Shown here one piece after another: positions 59,496 to 64,000 of a stretch of 64,000 nucleotides of DNA (position 1 is its first letter; each line of letters starts with the position of its first letter). The position numbers and the translations under genes were made by a program. The stretch spans positions 3,451-67,450 of the forward strand of contig CAOJUX010000003.1 of NCBI GenBank assembly GCA_948444795.1. The letters are read 5' to 3'. The notes below the pieces were generated by a model. The model had not been told where the DNA came from and did no database searches. It saw only the letters and a list, made by a program, of their open reading frames with translations. This DNA comes from an uncultured Erysipelotrichaceae bacterium (lineage in GTDB: Bacteria; Bacillota_I; Bacilli_A; RF39; UBA660).

Positions 59496-60587
59496 ATGCA
59501 AGAGTTTAGTGAAAATAAAAAAATTAGAAATTTAATTATATTAATTATAGTTTTTTTTGTAGGTGCTATTGCAATGTTTGCTTTAGTAAGGTTTAATCCT
59601 ACATTTGTTACACAAAATGTTACTAAAGAAATAAAAGATGTAACTGTTACAGATACTGGTATTGCTGATGCAGTTGAGAAAGTTTATGATGCTGTTGTTA
59701 CTATTGAAACATATAAGGGTGATACTTTGTATGCTACAGGTACTGGATTTGTATATAAAAATGATGGTAATAATGCTTATATATTAACAAATAATCATGT
59801 AATTGAAAGTGGTAGTGAAGTTAAAGTGGTTTTTACTAATAATAAACAAGTTGTTGCTAAGGTGATAGGTGCTGATAAATATGCAGATATTGCAGTACTT
59901 AATGTATCTAGCAAAGATATTATAACTGTGGCGGAAATTGGTAAAAGTAGCGATTTGAGAGTTGGTGATACAGTATTTGCGGTTGGAGCACCAGTTGATA
60001 GTGCTGCTTATTCTTGGAGTGTAACTAGAGGTATTTTGTCTGGGAAAGATAGAATGGTTGAAGTTAGTCTTTCTAATAGTAATGTTAGTGATTGGGTTAT
60101 GAGTGTGATGCAAACTGATGCAGCTATAAATTCTGGTAATAGTGGGGGACCTTTATGTAATTCAAATGGATCTGTTATTGGTATTAATTCTATGAAACTT
60201 GCAAGTAGTTCTATTGAAGGTATGGGTTTTGCTATTCCAATTGAAGATGCTTTAGATTATGCTGAAAAAATCGAATCTGGTAAAAAATTAGAAAGACCTT
60301 ATTTAGGAGTTGCAATGTATAATTTGTCTAATATGTATGGTAGAGTTAATACTGATATAGCAGCAGGAGTATATATTGATAAAGTTGAGGAAGATAGCCC
60401 TGCGGATGTAGCTTCTTTGAAAGCAGGAGATATTATTGTTAAACTTGATGATGTAGATATTCCAAATTTAGCTTATTTAAAATATCAATTATATAAGCAT
60501 AATATAGGTGATTCGGTAAAAGTTAGTTTTTATAGAGGTAATGACCTTAAAACAACTACTGTTAACCTTTCTAAGGCTGCAGATTAA
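59496..60587 (+). CDS. htrA: HtrA/DegP-family serine protease with PDZ domain
   Basis: TM anchor, catalytic TNNHVI, DIAVL and GNSGGPL, and a C-terminal PDZ (GDIIVKLDD). Confidence 0.92.
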   Translation: MQEFSENKKIRNLIILIIVFFVGAIAMFALVRFNPTFVTQNVTKEIKDVTVTDTGIADAVEKVYDAVVTIETYKGDTLYATGTGFVYKNDGNNAYILTNNHVIESGSEVKVVFTNNKQVVAKVIGADKYADIAVLNVSSKDIITVAEIGKSSDLRVGDTVFAVGAPVDSAAYSWSVTRGILSGKDRMVEVSLSNSNVSDWVMSVMQTDAAINSGNSGGPLCNSNGSVIGINSMKLASSSIEGMGFAIPIEDALDYAEKIESGKKLERPYLGVAMYNLSNMYGRVNTDIAAGVYIDKVEEDSPADVASLKAGDIIVKLDDVDIPNLAYLKYQLYKHNIGDSVKVSFYRGNDLKTTTVNLSKAAD

Positions 60588-60610
60588 TATGGGTAAGACC
60601 ATATTTTTTT
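60586..60610 (+). terminator. rho-independent terminator after htrA
   Basis: aatatgg pairs with ccatatt, followed by a T-run. Confidence 0.6.
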
Positions 60611-60697
60611 GGTTATTTTGATTGCAAATAGTGAATGAATTAATATATAGTAGCGATATTTGTAAGTTGTCATAAAATAAGTTATGGAGGGGATTTT

Positions 60698-60742
60698 ATG
60701 GCAAAAAAAGTGGTAATTGATGCTGGACATGGAGGATACTGA
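60698..60742 (+). pseudogene. remnant of an N-acetylmuramoyl-L-alanine amidase gene (first 14 codons only)
   Basis: GGAGGGG RBS and MAKKVVIDAGHGGY, then a stop. DAGHGG is the amidase_3 N-terminal motif (compare cwlD). Confidence 0.6.
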
Positions 60743-60790
60743 AAAATCCAAAAATAAAAGAATGGCTATAAAGTAAGTAAATACAAGGAA

Positions 60791-60823
60791 ATTAAGGTAC
60801 TTTGGTAGGAAAGTATCTTTTTT
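60791..60823 (+). repeat. hairpin repeat copy 1 (terminator / oriT-RSA-like)
   Basis: attaaggtactttggtaggaaagtatctttttt. 10-bp stem aaggtacttt/aaagtatctt with one G-U pair. Confidence 0.7.
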
Positions 60824-60894
60824 GATGGTATAATATAATTGTTAAATAAATTGATATTTTAATAAATATCTATTAAAAGAAAGGCGATGTATTT

Positions 60895-61068
60895 ATGAGC
60901 AGTAAAGAAATTTTAACCGAAATAATTATTCCATTAATAGCTGGTTTTTTTGGTGGAAGTATAGGAAATATTGTGATAAAAAAGCATAAATTAACACGAA
61001 AACATAAAATGAATAATAAAAAAACAGTTTTTAATAACAATGGAGATGTCATAAATGGAGATAAATGA
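60895..61068 (+). CDS. 57-aa single-TM peptide, translationally coupled to the 778-aa ORF
   Basis: Hand-translated MSSKEILTEIIIPLIAGFFGGSIGNIVIKKHKLTRKHKMNNKKTVFNNNGDVINGDK. AGAAAGG RBS; extended -10 TGgTATAAT at 60826..60834; overlaps the next ORF by 14 nt. Confidence 0.55.
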   Translation: MSSKEILTEIIIPLIAGFFGGSIGNIVIKKHKLTRKHKMNNKKTVFNNNGDVINGDK

Positions 61069-63391
61069 TAATTCTCATAAAATGACTAACTATCTTACCA
61101 AATTTGAAAACAATGGGGATATTATAAATGGAGATTGTACTAAAGTATTTAATCTTTATATTGATTCTGAGGAAGCATATGAAATTTTAACTCGAAAAGA
61201 TAATTATTCAGATTTTTATAAAAGCTATATTTCGAAATTCAAAGAACTAGAAGATTATGCTTTTTCTTTGTTCTATCCTTACTTCAATAAAAAAACATTT
61301 GACTTTACGAGTAAACCTTTAGTATTCGGCAAGAGAATTATTGATTGGGTTTATGGATTGGACGAATTTCCAAGTAAAGAAATACAAGAATTTTATAATG
61401 ATTTAAAAATAGATTTTAATTTTGATGACAATACAGTTATTGTTAAAAGATGGAATGCAAATATTGCATATTTTAATAGTGATGTAAAACAAGCAAGTGA
61501 AAACTATAGCAAATTATATGATGAATTATTAAAATGCAAAAATGTTCCAGATTGGTTTTTAGATGATATATGTATTGATGGGAGAAATTTGTTACATCAA
61601 TACGAAAATATGATAAACAAGATTTCCTTTGATAATAAGTTCCAAACGAGGTTATCTTCAAATAGTCATAAATTATCTTATCCAGACATTGATAGAATTA
61701 AATCCGAAATATTTGAAAGTGTTTCGAAAAATGTTTTTAATAACAAGAATAAATCAAAATATACTACTATATATGGCATAGGTTTAGAAGAATGTTTTAG
61801 AAAAATTCAGGATTTAGTGTTTTTAACAATATTTTATGGTTCAATAACTCATTTGAGACTTGTTAGAGAATTGATTTCTAATATAATGTATATGTATGCT
61901 GATACATTTGAAGATGAAGAATTTTATAATTTGACTTTACGAATGTTATTTCTTAGTGGAGAATTTAAAAAATACAGAAATTTATATAATAAAATAAGAT
62001 TAAATTATTCTTTTGTTATTAATGGAGATTTTATAAAATCTATCGTTTGCAGTAGAAAAGCATTATTTAAATTTGAAGAAGATAGGAACAATGTATTTTT
62101 ATTTGATATTTATGGAAGATATCTTGACGATGATTTATATTTACTTTTAGAGAAAAATATGATTAGCATAATAACAATTAAAGATGATTACAATTTAAAT
62201 ATCATAAGTGATGCATTTAAAGCAATTGCAACTAATATTAAGAGATCAACAAATGTTGGAAAATTGCTAACAATAATAAAGGACTATTTTGCTAAATCAT
62301 ATTCTAGATTTTATATGGATTTTGGAAGATTGTTGGGAGAAATTGATGTTAATGAATTAACAAAATCTGAATTTCAAGATTACCAAAATGTTATTGATTC
62401 AATGATAAAAGAAAAAGAACATACAAATTATGATTTGTCTAATTGTATTGTTAGAATTAAAGAAAGGAATCCTAAAATAACTAAATATGATAATTTATTT
62501 AGTAAAAAGGGTACTCATGAAAATATAGTTTATCAAATTGAATTAGAAAATAATGAAATAGAAGCGATAAAGAGTATTACAAATGTTTATAAGGAAAGAC
62601 ATGAAAAAAGAGAAAAAAATCCAGGAGTTTATTCTGGCTATATGACTGATTATAATATTGGAACTAATATTTTTACTGCTTCATTATATGTTGGTAAACT
62701 TAAAGAATTCATTTTAGAAGGATATCTGCCCTTAGCACAATCTATAATTCTTTCTGAAAATGAAGACATATTTGAGAAAAATAGGCATATTAAATTGCTA
62801 ACATATTTATTGATTGTGGAAAAAGATGAAACAATTAAAAGAAGTATTATTGATAGCATACATAAAGCAAAAGAAATAAAATATTTTGAACCTCATTATA
62901 TCGGAGAAATGAAATTTAGAAATAAGATGGATTTAGACATTAATGTTGTAATGTTTGATGTTATTGCTGGAATTATTAAGTATGAAGATGCTTTATGTAT
63001 TTATCTTGAAGATGCAATCAAATCACCTAATAATATAGGAGAAATTTTAGATTGTTTGTCCACACTAAATGAGTTTTGTGAAAATAAGAATAATGATATT
63101 TTAGATAAATTGTTTATTATATTTATTTTCTCTTATGAAATAAATGATTTAGATGTAAGAATAGATACAATAATAATGAGCAATGTATTTGTTGGTTCTA
63201 AATATGAAGAGAGAGTTTTGGAAATATTAGAAAAAAGATTAGAAAATATGGTTTTTGAAGAGTGTAAGGGTTATATACAGCTAATAATGAATATTGATAA
63301 AGATAAAAGAAATATTTATTCAGCAATTATTGAAAAACTAAAAAATAACAAGAATTATTATGTTAAATATATGGCGAGTAAATATTTATAG
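61055..63391 (+). CDS. 778-aa orphan protein, probably all-alpha/repeat-like, no recognisable catalytic motif
   Basis: Long uninterrupted ORF in AT-rich DNA. No Walker, HEPN, nuclease or peptidase motif recognised. Confidence 0.75.
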   Translation: MEINDNSHKMTNYLTKFENNGDIINGDCTKVFNLYIDSEEAYEILTRKDNYSDFYKSYISKFKELEDYAFSLFYPYFNKKTFDFTSKPLVFGKRIIDWVYGLDEFPSKEIQEFYNDLKIDFNFDDNTVIVKRWNANIAYFNSDVKQASENYSKLYDELLKCKNVPDWFLDDICIDGRNLLHQYENMINKISFDNKFQTRLSSNSHKLSYPDIDRIKSEIFESVSKNVFNNKNKSKYTTIYGIGLEECFRKIQDLVFLTIFYGSITHLRLVRELISNIMYMYADTFEDEEFYNLTLRMLFLSGEFKKYRNLYNKIRLNYSFVINGDFIKSIVCSRKALFKFEEDRNNVFLFDIYGRYLDDDLYLLLEKNMISIITIKDDYNLNIISDAFKAIATNIKRSTNVGKLLTIIKDYFAKSYSRFYMDFGRLLGEIDVNELTKSEFQDYQNVIDSMIKEKEHTNYDLSNCIVRIKERNPKITKYDNLFSKKGTHENIVYQIELENNEIEAIKSITNVYKERHEKREKNPGVYSGYMTDYNIGTNIFTASLYVGKLKEFILEGYLPLAQSIILSENEDIFEKNRHIKLLTYLLIVEKDETIKRSIIDSIHKAKEIKYFEPHYIGEMKFRNKMDLDINVVMFDVIAGIIKYEDALCIYLEDAIKSPNNIGEILDCLSTLNEFCENKNNDILDKLFIIFIFSYEINDLDVRIDTIIMSNVFVGSKYEERVLEILEKRLENMVFEECKGYIQLIMNIDKDKRNIYSAIIEKLKNNKNYYVKYMASKYL

Positions 63392-63398
63392 TCTTTGT

Positions 63399-63427
63399 AT
63401 TAAGGTACTTGAAGAAAGTATCTTTTA
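63399..63427 (+). repeat. hairpin repeat copy 2, immediately upstream of the relaxase gene (candidate oriT/RSA)
   Basis: attaaggtacttgaagaaagtatctttta. Same stem as copy 1 with a different loop. Confidence 0.7.
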
Positions 63428-63461
63428 TTATGCAAATTTTTAAGAAAGAGAGGAATGATAT

Positions 63462-64000
63462 ATGAATTATGGAATATTTAGAAGTCAGCCAATAATGACT
63501 ATAAACGATTTATCACAAATTGGATCACACAATAAACGAGATAAAAAAGCATATAAGAGTAATCCTAATATTAAATTAGAATTAACTAAAAATAATATAG
63601 AATTAGTACCCTTAGCAGAAAAGTATGTTAAGGGTTTTAAATTGCTTGTAAAAGATTATGAACAAGAGCATAACGAAAGAATGAAAACTGAACGACCTGA
63701 AAGAAAAAAGACCTTTAATGAAATGTTAAATAAATCTAAAAGTGTTGTAGCTGATGAGCTCATGTTTACTGCAACCCCTAAATTTTTTGATAATATGAGT
63801 AAAGATGAAATAATGAGATGGGCTAATACTTGTATGGATTTTGTTTATAATGACTTGGGCTATACAAAAGAACAAGTTTTGCATAGTGTCATACATTTGG
63901 ATGAAAAAACACCACATATTCATTGTGTTGTTGTACCACTTGCTAAGAAGTTAGATAAAAGGACAAATACTGAAAGATTTACTATTTCTAAAAAACAATA
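63462..64000 (+). CDS. mob: MobV-family relaxase / plasmid recombination enzyme (Pre), 5' partial, continues beyond the window
   Basis: Hand-translated open frame with no stop to the window end. N-terminus MNYGIFRSQPI...GSHNKRD (HxxR) and HLDEKTPHIHCVVVP (HxDE...PHxH) motifs of Mob_Pre. Confidence 0.85.
   Translation, partial: MNYGIFRSQPIMTINDLSQIGSHNKRDKKAYKSNPNIKLELTKNNIELVPLAEKYVKGFKLLVKDYEQEHNERMKTERPERKKTFNEMLNKSKSVVADELMFTATPKFFDNMSKDEIMRWANTCMDFVYNDLGYTKEQVLHSVIHLDEKTPHIHCVVVPLAKKLDKRTNTERFTISKKQ

Larger units (their letters stand above)
60791..64000 (+). mobile_element. left part of a putative integrated mobilizable element or plasmid remnant (boundaries uncertain, runs off the window)
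   Basis: MobV relaxase gene at the right edge, duplicated oriT-like hairpins, an orphan cargo operon, and an adjacent truncated amidase gene. Confidence 0.35.

Noticed and set aside
60698-60742. A functional amidase or endolysin gene next to a holin-like small TM ORF, i.e. a lysis cassette.
   Set aside because: The amidase frame stops after 14 codons and no continuation in another frame was found. The small TM ORF is translationally coupled to the 778-aa ORF, not to the amidase remnant.
1-64000. CRISPR arrays or cas genes.
   Set aside because: No regularly spaced direct repeats of 25-40 nt were seen in any intergenic region. The only reiterated elements are the rpsI-downstream repeat (3 copies, irregular spacing, flanking genes) and the two hairpin copies at 60.8 and 63.4 kb.

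Overview
Very AT-rich (roughly 25-28% GC by eye) chromosomal window from an endospore-forming Bacillota genome, centred on the replication origin. Core content is Bacillus-like ori-proximal synteny. The minus-strand block is murA, spoIIR, prmC-prfA, rpoE, argS, then parB-rsmG-mnmG-mnmE-jag-yidC-rnpA-rpmH. A bipartite DnaA-box oriC flanks dnaA. The plus-strand block is dnaA-dnaN-comK-like-recF-gyrB-gyrA, SRP RNA, tadA-dnaX-ybaB-recR-bofA-holB-yaaT, pth-mfd-spoVT, T-box-nudix-metG, tatD-ksgA-yabG-veg-spoVG-yabP-yabQ-divIC, truA-rplM-rpsI-cwlD. The rpoE delta subunit, ComK and this gene order suggest a Bacilli/Erysipelotrichia-like lineage rather than Clostridia (inference). No rRNA, tRNA or CRISPR array was seen. 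Lineage-specific material interrupts the conserved order at several points. (1) An orphan small hydrophobic ORF sits inside a long 5'/3' inverted repeat (candidate type I toxin, 9.6-9.95 kb). (2) A decay zone holds two pseudogenes, one frameshifted in a G10 tract (12.2-14.3 kb). (3) An XRE-led block of orphan genes lies between metG and tatD (43.9-46.9 kb). (4) A repeat-flanked DinJ/YafQ cassette plus DUF3800 lies between rpsI and cwlD. (5) An Abi_2 gene follows cwlD. (6) The best candidate for a novel system sits at the right edge. It is a hairpin-bracketed two-gene cassette (57-aa membrane peptide overlapping a 778-aa orphan helical protein with a shared 20-aa repeat) next to a MobV/Pre relaxase. 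Other oddities are an orphan ParB with a very long acidic linker, three clustered parS sites, and a catalytically degenerate EcfA-like ATPase pair lacking EcfT.
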